This document shows positions 1 to 11,316 of a DNA stretch of 64,000 bases, in pieces. The notes under the pieces were generated by a model. That model made no database searches, was not told the origin of the DNA, and saw nothing but the letters and a program-made list of their open reading frames with translations. Position numbers and translations under genes: made by a program. Position 1 is the first letter of the stretch. Each line of letters begins with the position of its first letter. The DNA is from Bacteroidota bacterium (lineage in GTDB: Bacteria > Bacteroidota > Bacteroidia > Chitinophagales > JADIYW01), in the NCBI GenBank assembly GCA_963169645.1, contig CAUJCO010000013.1, positions 469,923-533,922 of the forward strand. Reading direction: 5' to 3'.

Positions 1-236
1 CATTCATCTTACTCAATTTATTATTTTCTACGCAAGCAGCGTATGCTGCTCCGATTATTATGATGGCACAAAATAGGCAAGCACAACGCGATAGAGCACA
101 AGCAGAAGCCGATTACAGAACCAACATCGATGCTAAACTTGAAATAGAAAATTTGCAGCGCAGATTAGATGCTATTGAACAAGAAAAACTAGATAAGATA
201 ATTCAATTATTACAAGAAATAAATCCTAGAAACTAA
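1..236 (+). CDS. 3' end of a gene truncated by the window edge; DUF1003-like membrane protein C-terminus
   Basis: The frame starting at nt 3 is open to TAA at 234-236. It translates to ...FILLNLLFSTQAAYAAPIIMMAQNRQAQRDRAQAEADYRTNIDAKLEIENLQRRLDAIEQEKLDKIIQLLQEINPRN. The AAPIIMM.QNRQ..RDR motif followed by a coiled coil is what I remember for DUF1003 proteins. It is absent from the ORF track because there is no start codon in the window. Confidence 0.5.
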   Translation, partial: FILLNLLFSTQAAYAAPIIMMAQNRQAQRDRAQAEADYRTNIDAKLEIENLQRRLDAIEQEKLDKIIQLLQEINPRN

Positions 237-373
237 CATCTAAAACAGACTTTCCAGAACGAATAGCATTCCATATTTTTTCTTATTGTAATTACAACCA
301 CAAACTTTAATCTGATAGTATTATCATACTAAAATTGAGCTGTTCTAACAACGGGAAAAGTAAATCCTCTTTA

Positions 374-1018
374 TTACACAAATTTTATTTTTTGTTGTTG
401 AATGATGGCACACAATTCACTTACCATCATGGCGGTAGCACCCCATAAAAATTTACCTTCAATGTCGTAATAGGGAGCCATTAATGTTAATCCCATCGCA
501 CTTTTCATTGGTTTTTCCTTAATTATTCCGGGTTCAAAAAAACGTGTTAATGGGACTTCTAACACATTTGCTACTTCTTTTTGTTCTAACTTTAAGATAG
601 GTGCTGTTTCTAACAAACCCACATACGGATACACCATAAAATTACTTGCGAGAACAAATACTTCCGTTAAATTTCCAATCACATCTACTATATCTTTCTT
701 CACACCTACCTCTTCTTCTGTTTCGCGCAAAGCGGCGTCCAAAATACTCAAATCTGTTTTTTCAATTTTGCCACCCGGAAATGCAATTTGTCCGCTATGA
801 ACACCATTATATATTGGTCGTTCTATAAATAATAAATGCGGCGTATCATTTTTAGGATAAATCAACGATAGCACAGCGCCTTGCTTCGGTTTTAAAATAG
901 GTGGTGCATCCAAATCCGGTTTTAATTTTAAATAAGGTTTTAATAATGCTTGAGCCGACTTGCCCGGAAGTGGTTGTTCAAATGCAATTTTTAAGTCGGC
1001 AGCAAACTGTTTAAACAT
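374..1018 (-). CDS. Nudix hydrolase, CoA pyrophosphatase type
   Basis: Nudix box GGKIEKTDLSILDAALRETEEEVGV. The upstream LLFIERP...SGQIAFPGG motif is typical of the CoA pyrophosphatase subgroup. Confidence 0.8.
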   Translation of the reverse strand: MFKQFAADLKIAFEQPLPGKSAQALLKPYLKLKPDLDAPPILKPKQGAVLSLIYPKNDTPHLLFIERPIYNGVHSGQIAFPGGKIEKTDLSILDAALRETEEEVGVKKDIVDVIGNLTEVFVLASNFMVYPYVGLLETAPILKLEQKEVANVLEVPLTRFFEPGIIKEKPMKSAMGLTLMAPYYDIEGKFLWGATAMMVSELCAIIQQQKIKFV

Positions 1019-1208
1019 AGTCCAAAACTAAATAAAAAATATACTTTATGCGTCTAATCACAAGTAAATTAAAATAAAAAAATGTGTGTTTATTTATTAT
1101 TAAAACGATATAAAAATGTGTATATTTGTTGTATATAGAAATTTGTTCACGCAAAGTACACATTATTCAACATTCAAGTATATTTCATAAAAATTAGATA
1201 CACATAAA

Positions 1209-2315
1209 ATGAAAAAATTAATTACACTTCTTACGATTTCGGCCTTGTTTTTTGGCTGCACAAAGAACAACACAGAGGATAATGAGGGTGAAGAAAATTT
1301 ATCCAGAATTGCATTCGGTTCATGTTGTGCACAATACCTGAGCGAAATGAAAATTTTCGACAGAATTGTTGAGTTAGAACCGCAAGTGTATATTGCAGGT
1401 GGCGATAACGTATATGCAGATTTCTTTGCATTAGCACCCGGAACTAAAGAATACATAGAAGGTGCTTACAGACAATTAGGTGGCCGTGGTTATTGGTCTG
1501 GTTTCCGTGCTAAAATACCGGAAATACTACCTATTTGGGATGACCATGATACCGGCGAAAACGATGCTACTGTTACCAATCCGGTAAAAGGGATTGCAAA
1601 GCAAGCTTTCTTTGATTTTTGGAAAATTCCGGTAGATGCACCAAGAAGAAACAGACCGGATGGTGCTATCTATGATTCAAAATATTATGGCGATGATGCA
1701 CACAGAGTTCAAATCATTTTATTAGACCTTCGTTGGAATCACTCACCTTACAAAACGTCCGGACCGGCAGCAGCATTAACAGGCTATGATACCTTAATGT
1801 CGCCTACAGCAACCATGTTAGGTGCTGAACAATGGACTTGGTTAGAAGAAGAATTAAAAAAACCGGCAAAAGTAAGAATTATCATGTCGTCCTTACAATT
1901 CAACTCTAATTACGATGGAAGCGAAAACTGGGCTGTATTACCTTTGGAAAAACAAAAAATGTTAGACTTAATTAAAAGCACCGGAGCAAATGGTGTTATT
2001 TTCTTGAGTGGCGACGTTCATTACGGTGAGTTAACAAAAATACAACCGGCAGGCATGTACCCGATTTACGATGTAACGGCAAGTGGTATTACACACCACG
2101 AAAGTAAAATACCTACAAGAAATGACAATATCCGTGTTGGAAATGGATGGAATTGGGTAAACTTTGGTTTCATAGATATAGACTGGCATGCAACACCTGT
2201 AAAAATTCAATTACAAATTTATGGCAACACCAAAGGAACAGGTCCAAATGGAAAATTCACTACGGCTGATGCAAAAATTTCACACACCGTTACCTTAGAT
2301 GAATTAAAATTCTAA
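1209..2315 (+). CDS. PhoD-like (alkaline phosphatase D family) metallophosphatase lipoprotein
   Basis: Lipoprotein signal LLTISALFFGC. Metallophosphatase motifs GSCC, GGDNVYAD, WDDHD, GDVHYGE. Confidence 0.75.
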   Translation: MKKLITLLTISALFFGCTKNNTEDNEGEENLSRIAFGSCCAQYLSEMKIFDRIVELEPQVYIAGGDNVYADFFALAPGTKEYIEGAYRQLGGRGYWSGFRAKIPEILPIWDDHDTGENDATVTNPVKGIAKQAFFDFWKIPVDAPRRNRPDGAIYDSKYYGDDAHRVQIILLDLRWNHSPYKTSGPAAALTGYDTLMSPTATMLGAEQWTWLEEELKKPAKVRIIMSSLQFNSNYDGSENWAVLPLEKQKMLDLIKSTGANGVIFLSGDVHYGELTKIQPAGMYPIYDVTASGITHHESKIPTRNDNIRVGNGWNWVNFGFIDIDWHATPVKIQLQIYGNTKGTGPNGKFTTADAKISHTVTLDELKF

Positions 2316-2340
2316 TTAATTAATTATTACAATCCGATAA

Positions 2341-2369
2341 AAGAGACGTGAATTGCGTCTCTTTTTTTT
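2341..2369 (+). terminator. Rho-independent terminator after the PhoD-like gene
   Basis: Stem agagacg (2342-2348) pairs with cgtctct (2356-2362). It is followed by a T-run to 2369. Confidence 0.65.
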
Positions 2370-2376
2370 ATTTTTG
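2369..2376 (+). promoter_or_regulatory. Bacteroidota-type -7 promoter box (TAnnTTTG) upstream of pheS
   Basis: TATTTTTG ends 5 nt before the pheS ATG at 2381. Confidence 0.4.
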
Positions 2377-2380
2377 AACT

Positions 2381-3406
2381 ATGGATATTTTTGAACAAAC
2401 CGAGAACTTACAAAAAGAGGTTCAAGAAACTGTGATTACCGATGCCGAAGCATTAGAAAAATTCCGTATTCGATTTTTAGGAAGTAAAAATATTTTGAAA
2501 GATATTTTTGGTGAGATTAAAAATGTACCAAATGAACGCAAGAAAGAATTTGGTCAATTAGTAAATAAAGTAAAACAAACAGCAGAAGAAAAGTTTGCCG
2601 CCTTACAAGAACAATTTCAACAACAAAATACGACTGCCGAAACAATTGATTTAACCTTACCGGGTGATGTTACCAACTTGGGTGCAAGACATCCGATTCA
2701 AGTTGTAAAAAATCAAATCGTAGACATTTTTAAACGATTAGGTTTTGCCGTGCAAGAAGATAGAGAAATTGAAGACGATTGGCATAATTTTACTGCATTA
2801 AACATGCCGGAAGATCATCCGGCACGCGATATGCAAGACACGTTTTTCATTAATGTAAATCCGGATATTGTATTACGTACGCACACATCATCTGTGCAAG
2901 TACGCACCATGGAAAATCAAAAACCACCTATACGTATTTTATCGCCCGGAAGAGTGTATAGAAACGAAACGATTTCTGCCCGTTCACATTGCTTTTTCCA
3001 TCAAGTAGAAGGCTTGTATATTGATGAAAATGTTTCGTTCGCCGATTTATTGCAAACCTTAGATTTCTTCGTAAAAGAACTATTTGGAAAAGACACTAAA
3101 ATAAAATTACGTCCATCTTATTTTCCATTTACTGAACCAAGTGCCGAAGTAGATGTAACATGCTTCATTTGCGGCGGTAGCGGTTGTACCGTTTGTAAGC
3201 AAAGTGGTTGGGTAGAAATTTTAGGCTGTGGCATGGTGGATCCAAAAGTGTTAGAAAACTGTCAAATAGACACCAAAAAATATGCAGGATTTGCCTTTGG
3301 AATGGGCGTAGAACGAATCACGATGTTGAAATATCAAATAAAAGATATTCGATTATTATCTGAAAATGATACGCGTTTCTTAGAGCAATTTAAATCGGCA
3401 AGATAA
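2381..3406 (+). CDS. pheS: phenylalanine--tRNA ligase alpha subunit
   Basis: Class II aaRS motifs: HPARDMQDTFF, RTHTSSVQVR, GRVYRNE, FPFTEPSAEVD, GFAFGMGVERI. Confidence 0.95.
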   Translation: MDIFEQTENLQKEVQETVITDAEALEKFRIRFLGSKNILKDIFGEIKNVPNERKKEFGQLVNKVKQTAEEKFAALQEQFQQQNTTAETIDLTLPGDVTNLGARHPIQVVKNQIVDIFKRLGFAVQEDREIEDDWHNFTALNMPEDHPARDMQDTFFINVNPDIVLRTHTSSVQVRTMENQKPPIRILSPGRVYRNETISARSHCFFHQVEGLYIDENVSFADLLQTLDFFVKELFGKDTKIKLRPSYFPFTEPSAEVDVTCFICGGSGCTVCKQSGWVEILGCGMVDPKVLENCQIDTKKYAGFAFGMGVERITMLKYQIKDIRLLSENDTRFLEQFKSAR

Positions 3407-3457
3407 AACTAAAATTGAAGTTTTCAGGATGTTGTCTGTACTTCAAAAAACGTTCAT

Positions 3458-3784
3458 TTACAAACTAAAACTTTCACCACAAGAACAGGTGCGTGCTGCA
3501 TTCGGATTATTAAAGTAAAATCCTTTGCCATTTAATCCTTCCGAAAAATCCAATTCGGTTCCTAATAAATATAAGATACTTTTAGGATCAACAACTATCT
3601 TAATACCTTTATCTTCAAAAACCTCATCAGTAGGACGTTGCTCATTATCAAAGTGCATGTTATACGTTAATCCGCTGCAACCGCCACTGGTTACACTCAC
3701 CCGTACAAAATGTTCCGAAGTTAAATTATCTTCTTTCCAAATTTTTAGCACACGTTCTTTTGCTATGTCTGAGATAAATATCAT
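3458..3784 (-). CDS. iron-sulfur cluster assembly accessory protein (HesB/IscA/ErpA family)
   Basis: 108 aa with the GGCSG motif and C-terminal CSCGESF, matching the family's conserved Cys triad. Confidence 0.85.
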   Translation of the reverse strand: MIFISDIAKERVLKIWKEDNLTSEHFVRVSVTSGGCSGLTYNMHFDNEQRPTDEVFEDKGIKIVVDPKSILYLLGTELDFSEGLNGKGFYFNNPNAARTCSCGESFSL

Positions 3785-3873
3785 TTTATAGTAAGTAGTA
3801 AGAAATTAGAATTTTAAAATGAAATAATTACATTTCTAATTAAACAAAGTTAGTCCACATTAAGTTCAGCTGT

Positions 3874-5145
3874 CTATGAAATCATCTCAAACTTGGTATA
3901 TGGCACTAATGCACTTGGTATGCGAATGCCATTTTCTGTTTGATGATTTTCTAAGATACTTGCTAAGATACGCGGCAAAGCCAATGCACTTCCATTTAAT
4001 GTGTGTGCCAATGTTTTTTTATTTTCTGCATCTTTTATTCTCAATTTTAATCGGTTGGCTTGGAACGTTTCAAAATTAGAAACCGAGCTCACCTCTAACC
4101 AGCGCTCTTGTGCGGCAGAGAATACTTCAAAATCATACGTAAGTGCAGAAGAGAATGTCATGTCGCCACCGCACAATCTCAAGATTCTATAAGGTAGCTC
4201 TAATGCTTGTAATAAACCTTCTACATGGTTGAGCATTTCATCTAAGGCAATGTAAGAGTTTTCCGGTTTTTCAATCCGAACAATTTCTACTTTATCAAAT
4301 TGGTGTAAACGATTTAACCCGCGTACATCTTTGCCATAGCTTCCGGCTTCTCTGCGGAAACAAGGTGTGTACCCAACATTTTTAATCGGTAGGTTTTTTT
4401 CCTCTACAATTTCATCTCTATAAATATTGGTAATTGGCACTTCTGCTGTTGGAATCAAATAGAAATCATCTACTGTAACGTGATACATTTGCCCTTCTTT
4501 ATCAGGCAATTGTCCTGTACCAAATCCGGAATCTTTGTTTACTAAATGTGGGACTTGTACTTCTGCATAACCTGCTTCAATAGCTTTATCTAAGAAAAAT
4601 GAAATTAAAGCACGTTGCAAAGCAGCACCTTTGCCTTTATACACCGGAAATCCGGCTCCTGTAATTTTGTTTCCTAATTCAAAATCAATTAGGTCATATT
4701 TTTTGGCTAAATCCCAATGTGGTAATGCATTTTTGGGCAAGTTAGGAAATTCGGTAACGCTGAATGCCACCACATTATCTTCTGCGGCTTTTCCTGCCGG
4801 AACAATTGCATTGGGGAAATTTGGCAATTGCACTAACATGTTATATTGTTTTGCTTCTAAATCGGCTACTTCTGTTTCTAACTTTTCCGCTTGTTCTTTA
4901 ATGGATGCGATTTTTATCTTAGCTTGCTCGGCGGCTTCTTTATTTCCTTCTTTCATCCACACACCAATTTCTTTCGAAATAGCATTGCGTTGTGCTAACA
5001 ACTCATCTAATTGACCTTTGAAAGATTTACGTTGATCATCTATTGCAATAATTTCATCTACAAAGTGAACCTCTTTAAAATGTTTGTGTGCCAAACGTTC
5101 TTTGGCAAATGCAGTATCGCGTCGTAATTGTTCTAATGTGAGCAT
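3874..5145 (-). CDS. serS: serine--tRNA ligase
   Basis: N-terminal coiled-coil arm followed by the class II core: TAEVPITN, CFRREAGSYGKDVRGLNRLHQFDKVE, TLNGSALA. Confidence 0.95.
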   Translation of the reverse strand: MLTLEQLRRDTAFAKERLAHKHFKEVHFVDEIIAIDDQRKSFKGQLDELLAQRNAISKEIGVWMKEGNKEAAEQAKIKIASIKEQAEKLETEVADLEAKQYNMLVQLPNFPNAIVPAGKAAEDNVVAFSVTEFPNLPKNALPHWDLAKKYDLIDFELGNKITGAGFPVYKGKGAALQRALISFFLDKAIEAGYAEVQVPHLVNKDSGFGTGQLPDKEGQMYHVTVDDFYLIPTAEVPITNIYRDEIVEEKNLPIKNVGYTPCFRREAGSYGKDVRGLNRLHQFDKVEIVRIEKPENSYIALDEMLNHVEGLLQALELPYRILRLCGGDMTFSSALTYDFEVFSAAQERWLEVSSVSNFETFQANRLKLRIKDAENKKTLAHTLNGSALALPRILASILENHQTENGIRIPSALVPYTKFEMIS

Positions 5146-5486
5146 CTTATTTAAAAATTGAATACAAAGATAACTTTTATGTTATTGCAATAGTTGAAAT
5201 ACACTACAATTAGGTATTTTTTCAAAAAAAAGTAACATATTACGTGCATTATAGGTAATAATTTCGTTTATTTGCATTACAAATCAATACAACTTAGCGT
5301 TTTATTGTACAGTCACTAACGTATTTCAGTACCCATTTAATGCAATTTTTTTCCATCCTATTTGGCTTATCTTTTGTGTAGCCGTGTTAATAAACCAGAA
5401 TCGTATTTAATATACATTATATCCTTTATTTTTTATCCCAATATTCAACCCATTTTCCTCTATTGAAATTTATTTAAAAGAAATAT

Positions 5487-6929
<1,443 letters not shown>

Positions 6930-7049
6930 TTCGGGCAAAGTACTTGGTTTTAGCAAAGTAGCATGGTTTCTAAATGGTTAAATCATTGATTTTTAGCGTT
7001 AAAATCGCAATTTCAAATCAATCGGTTTTCCATATCTCAAAAAAAAGAG

Positions 7050-7057
7050 TATCTTTG
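7050..7057 (+). promoter_or_regulatory. TAnnTTTG -7 promoter box upstream of rpmH
   Basis: TATCTTTG lies 78 nt upstream of the rpmH ATG. Confidence 0.4.
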
Positions 7058-7134
7058 CATTCCAAAATTTGCCAAAGTGCGTTTATAGCAACTTGTAAAA
7101 TTTTTAAACTTTTAAATTTTCAAATTATAATAAA

Positions 7135-7290
7135 ATGAAAAGAACGTTTCAACCATCTGTAAGAAAGAGAAAGAACAAACATGGTTTCCGTGAGCGTATG
7201 GCTACAAAAGGTGGTCGTGCAGTATTGAATGCTCGTCGTGCTAAAGGCAGAAAAAAATTAACTATTTCGGACGAAAGAAAAGGCAAATAA
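7135..7290 (+). CDS. rpmH: 50S ribosomal protein L34
   Basis: Not in the ORF track because it is under 60 aa. Translates to [51 protein letters not shown], a canonical L34 sequence. Confidence 0.95.
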   Translation: MKRTFQPSVRKRKNKHGFRERMATKGGRAVLNARRAKGRKKLTISDERKGK

Positions 7291-7691
7291 TCGCTGGAAA
7301 AGTACATCAAAAACGATTTAGCTTCGTAAAAGAAGAACGACTGAAAAGCAAAAAATTAATCGACTCGCTTTTTAGCCAAAAAACTTTTGTCCAAAATTCA
7401 ACTATCAGAATATACTACCAATGCGTAGCTGCAAATTGTGCCTTTCCGGCACAATTTGCATTTGTAGCCTCTAAACGAATATTTCCAAATGCCGTTGATA
7501 GAAATCGTATTAAACGATTAATGCGAGAAAGCATACGATTGCAAAAACCTGATTTCTATACTACTATTTCCGACATGGATAAAACAGTCATCTTATTGCT
7601 TAATTATCAAGCAAAAGAAATAAAAACACACACTGAAATCCATCAGGCAATAGAAAATTTATTGGCTAAACTTTGTGAGAAAATCAACTAA
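7290..7691 (+). CDS. rnpA: ribonuclease P protein component; start codon unresolved because no ATG/GTG/TTG is available
   Basis: The frame is open from 7245 to TAA at 7689-7691. It encodes ...KRFSFVKEERLKSKKLIDSLF...FAFVASKRIFPNAVDRNRIKRLMRESIRL (RNR motif). The only in-frame candidate starts before the conserved N-terminus are ATT 7257, ATA 7287 and ATC 7290. The 5' coordinate given is therefore approximate. Confidence 0.8.
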   Translation: MAGKVHQKRFSFVKEERLKSKKLIDSLFSQKTFVQNSTIRIYYQCVAANCAFPAQFAFVASKRIFPNAVDRNRIKRLMRESIRLQKPDFYTTISDMDKTVILLLNYQAKEIKTHTEIHQAIENLLAKLCEKIN

Positions 7692-7694
7692 AAA

Positions 7695-8277
7695 TCAAGT
7701 AGATTCTTTATTCAACCATTTAGGCACGTTGGGTGCTTTATAATGTTGGATTTGTTCCAATAAACTATTGATACTATCACTACACAATAACATTTGTTGG
7801 TTTTCTTTTCTAAGAAATCCTTTTTGCACCATCGATTGAATCATCGCTAATAAATCATCGTAAAATCCATTGACGTTTAAAATGGCAATAGGCTTTTTAT
7901 GTAAACCAAGTTGTGCCCATGTCAACATTTCAAACAATTCTTCCATGGTGCCAAATCCGCCGGGCATGGCAATAAATGCGTCCGAAAGGTCGTTTAAAAT
8001 CGTCTTTCGTTGATGCATGGTATCCCACTTTAATAACTTCGGTGATGTCATTATTTTCTATTTCTTTCGTGCATAAAAAATGTGGAATTACACCAATTAC
8101 TTCGCCACCATATTCCATTGCTGCATTTGCCATTACGCCCATCAAACCTACTTTGCCACCGCCATATACCAATGTAATTTTTTTTTGTGCCAATGTTTTG
8201 CCTACTTCATACGCTTGTTGAGCATAAATCTTGTCTGTTCCTATATTTGCACCACAATAAACCGTAATTCTTTTCAT
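7695..8277 (-). pseudogene. LOG family (TIGR00730-type) cytokinin riboside 5'-monophosphate phosphoribohydrolase-like gene, split by a 1-nt frameshift
   Basis: The N-terminal ORF (7930-8277) matches LOG proteins up to ...GVIPHFLCTKEIENNDITEVIKV. The C-terminal ORF (7695-8051) continues in another frame with DTMHQRKTILNDLSDAFIAMPGGFGTMEE. The span is 583 nt (3n+1). Removing one C from CCC at 8024-8026 restores KVDTMHQRK. Confidence 0.75.
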
Positions 8278-8292
8278 ACGAATAATTTTGTA

Positions 8293-9588
8293 TTACACTA
8301 TCATTCCGGCAGCAACCGTTTCGTTGGTAGCTTCATCTACTAAGATAATGCTTCCGGTAATTCTGTTTTTTCGATAGCTATCAAAGAACAAAGGTACCGT
8401 TGTTCGGATGGAAACACGACCGATATCGTTTAATCCAATCTCAACATCATCTTCTATTCGTTGTAAAGTATTAATATTGAGTTTGTATTTTGTTTCTTTT
8501 ACAATACACTTGCATTCTCTTGATGTATGACGCAAAATATATTTACCGCGAGGTACCATCTTTTTCTCGTTCATCCAACACAACATCACATCAAATTCTT
8601 GTTCTATAGTTGGTACATTATTTTCGCGTACCAACATATCACCTCTGGAAATATCTATTTCATCTTCCAACGTAATGGTAACGCTTTGAGGAGCAAAGGC
8701 TTCTTGCAAATCACCATCCATGGTAACAATCGATTTGATTTTAGAAGTGAAACCACTTGGTAATGCTCTTACTTTATCGCCAACTCTGAAAACGCCACCG
8801 GCAATTCGTCCGGCATATCCACGAAAATCATGGTACTCATTTTTCATAGGGCGAACTACATATTGAACCGGAAAACGGGCATCAATATGATTCAAATCGG
8901 AACCGATGTGGATGGTTTCTAATAAATACATCAATGTTGGTCCATTGTACCAATTCATATTTTCGGAACGATGCACAACATTATCACCTGCTAAAGCAGA
9001 GATAGGTAAAAAATGAACATCTTTTATATCTAACTTAGAAGCAAATGCTTTATAATCTGCCACAATTTTATTAAATGTTTTTTCATCCCAATCTACTAAA
9101 TCCATTTTATTGATACATACAATAATATGTGGTATTTGTAACAACGAAGCGATGTAGGAATGTCGATAGGTTTGTTCAATAATTCCTTTTCTGGCATCTA
9201 CCAAGATAATAGCTAAATTGGCTGTTGATGCACCGGTAACCATATTTCTGGTATATTGAATATGTCCGGGTGTATCGGCAATAATGAACTTTCTTTTGGG
9301 TGTAGAAAAATAACGATACGCTACGTCAATGGTGATGCCCTGCTCGCGTTCGGCACGCAAACCATCTGTCAACAATGCTAAGTTAACGTATTCCTCGCCT
9401 CGTTTTTGTGAGGCTGCTTCAATCGCATCCATTTGATCTTGGAAGATAGATTTGCTATCGTATAATAATCTTCCAATTAAAGTAGATTTTCCATCATCCA
9501 CGCTTCCGGCGGTAGAGAAGCGTAGTAATTCCATATCTAAATAAGCTTTCGAATCGAAGTTTTCTATTTCTTGGGTGCTTGTTGTCAT
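8293..9588 (-). CDS. cysN: sulfate adenylyltransferase subunit 1 (GTPase)
   Basis: GTPase motifs GSVDDGKST, DTPGH and NKMD, in an EF-Tu-like domain arrangement. It lies immediately downstream of cysD. Confidence 0.9.
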   Translation of the reverse strand: MTTSTQEIENFDSKAYLDMELLRFSTAGSVDDGKSTLIGRLLYDSKSIFQDQMDAIEAASQKRGEEYVNLALLTDGLRAEREQGITIDVAYRYFSTPKRKFIIADTPGHIQYTRNMVTGASTANLAIILVDARKGIIEQTYRHSYIASLLQIPHIIVCINKMDLVDWDEKTFNKIVADYKAFASKLDIKDVHFLPISALAGDNVVHRSENMNWYNGPTLMYLLETIHIGSDLNHIDARFPVQYVVRPMKNEYHDFRGYAGRIAGGVFRVGDKVRALPSGFTSKIKSIVTMDGDLQEAFAPQSVTITLEDEIDISRGDMLVRENNVPTIEQEFDVMLCWMNEKKMVPRGKYILRHTSRECKCIVKETKYKLNINTLQRIEDDVEIGLNDIGRVSIRTTVPLFFDSYRKNRITGSIILVDEATNETVAAGMIV

Positions 9589-9647
9589 TTTATATTTTTT
9601 ATGTATGAAATTCCATATTATTTATGCAAATAAATCTGGTTGATGTT

Positions 9648-10553
9648 TTAAAAATAGCCTTGTTTTTTGCGGTCTTCCATTGCAGCTTCACTGCGTTTGT
9701 CATCAGCACGTGTGCCGCGTTCAGTAGTTCTGCTGGATGCCACTTCTTGAATAATATCTTGTAATGTTGCTGCTTCTGAAAAAACAGCTCCGGTACATGT
9801 AATATCACCTACTGTTCTAAAACGAACGATACGTTCTTCAACTACTTCATTTTCTTTTTTCTGCATATATTCTGAATCGGCGTACCAAACACCATCGCGT
9901 TCAAATACTTTACGTTTGTGGGAGAAATACAAGCTCGGCATTTCTATTTGTTCTTGATAGATGTATTGCCAAACATCCATTTCTGTCCAGTTAGAAATTG
10001 GGAATACACGGAAATGTTCACCCATGTGTTTACGACCATTAAAGATATTCCACAATTCCGGTCGTTGATTTTTTGGATCCCATTGCCCAAATTCATCTCT
10101 ATGAGAGAAGAAGCGTTCTTTAGCTCTTGCTTTCTCTTCATCGCGGCGAGCGCCACCCATTGCACAATCAAATTTATTTTTTTCAATTGCTTCTAACAAT
10201 GGTACAGTTTGCAATGCATTTCGAGAGGCATTGTAGCCTTTTTCTTCTCGTACCAAACCTTTATCAATAGCTTCTTGTACGGATGCAACCATTAATCGCA
10301 ATCCATATTTTTCTACTAAGTTATCTCTGTAGTCTAAAGCTTCTTGAAAGTTGTGTCCGGTATCTACGTGCAACAATGTAAAAGGTACACTTGCCGGATA
10401 GAATGCTTTACGTGCCAAATGTAAAACCACGATGGAATCTTTACCTCCTGAAAATAACAAGCATGGATTTTCAAACTGTGCTGCTACTTCGCGAAGCACG
10501 AAAATTGATTCGGATTCCAGTTCCTTTAGATGATTTAAATGATAATCGTTCAT
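9648..10553 (-). CDS. cysD: sulfate adenylyltransferase subunit 2
   Basis: PAPS-reductase-fold PP-loop FSGGKDS, plus the conserved ...RDEFGQWDPKNQRPELW... and C-terminal KKQGYF. Confidence 0.95.
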   Translation of the reverse strand: MNDYHLNHLKELESESIFVLREVAAQFENPCLLFSGGKDSIVVLHLARKAFYPASVPFTLLHVDTGHNFQEALDYRDNLVEKYGLRLMVASVQEAIDKGLVREEKGYNASRNALQTVPLLEAIEKNKFDCAMGGARRDEEKARAKERFFSHRDEFGQWDPKNQRPELWNIFNGRKHMGEHFRVFPISNWTEMDVWQYIYQEQIEMPSLYFSHKRKVFERDGVWYADSEYMQKKENEVVEERIVRFRTVGDITCTGAVFSEAATLQDIIQEVASSRTTERGTRADDKRSEAAMEDRKKQGYF

Positions 10554-10568
10554 TTTATTTTGTATAAT

Positions 10569-11186
10569 TTATTTTTCTGTTGAATAGGTAATTTTGGGTA
10601 GCATGAAATTATAAATACAAGCAACACTTTCTTCGATACTTTGGTTCGTAGTTACTATTTCTAACGACGGATTTTCCGGTGCTTCAAACGGTGCATCTAA
10701 TCCGGTAAAATTTTTGATTTCTCCATTCAATGCTTTTTGGTATAAACCTTTTACATCGCGTTTAGCACATTCATCAAAGCTCGCATTGATATATACTTCA
10801 AAAAAATCTTGTTCGCCAATGATGTTTTTTGCCAGTGTGCGAATATCATTCGTTGGACTCACAAAACTATTGATAGTAATAATCCCATTGTTCAAAAAAA
10901 GCTTATTTACTTCTGCAATTCGTCGGATATTTTCTAATCTATCTTCTTCCGAAAAACTAAGATTTTTATTGATGCCGGTTCGAACATTATCACCATCTAA
11001 AATTGCTGTCATAAAACCTTCTTTATGCAATTTTTGTTCCAAACCTTGTGCTATAGTTGATTTTCCTGAACCCGACAAACCGGTCATCCAAATGCAAATC
11101 GCATTTTGATGCAACAACGTTTCTTTTTCATTTCGTTGTATCATCTTGCTAAAAATTGGATGTATATGTTTTGTATTATCCGACAT
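10569..11186 (-). CDS. cysC: adenylylsulfate (APS) kinase
   Basis: Walker A GLSGSGKST, plus LDGDNVR and FSEEDR motifs. Confidence 0.9.
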   Translation of the reverse strand: MSDNTKHIHPIFSKMIQRNEKETLLHQNAICIWMTGLSGSGKSTIAQGLEQKLHKEGFMTAILDGDNVRTGINKNLSFSEEDRLENIRRIAEVNKLFLNNGIITINSFVSPTNDIRTLAKNIIGEQDFFEVYINASFDECAKRDVKGLYQKALNGEIKNFTGLDAPFEAPENPSLEIVTTNQSIEESVACIYNFMLPKITYSTEK

Positions 11187-11316
11187 AGCTTGTTTACTGT
11201 TTTATCGAGCGTAACAAATTTACTATCTTTTTTAAATATCTAATAGTATATCGACTTTATAGAGTATTAATATATTGTAAATTACTGACTGAATGTCGGT
11301 CTATAAAAACAGGAAA

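Noticed and set aside
8293-11186. The cysC-cysD-cysN cluster as a possible novel sulfur system
   Set aside because: This is the standard assimilatory sulfate activation gene set with canonical motifs. The order and spacing are unremarkable.
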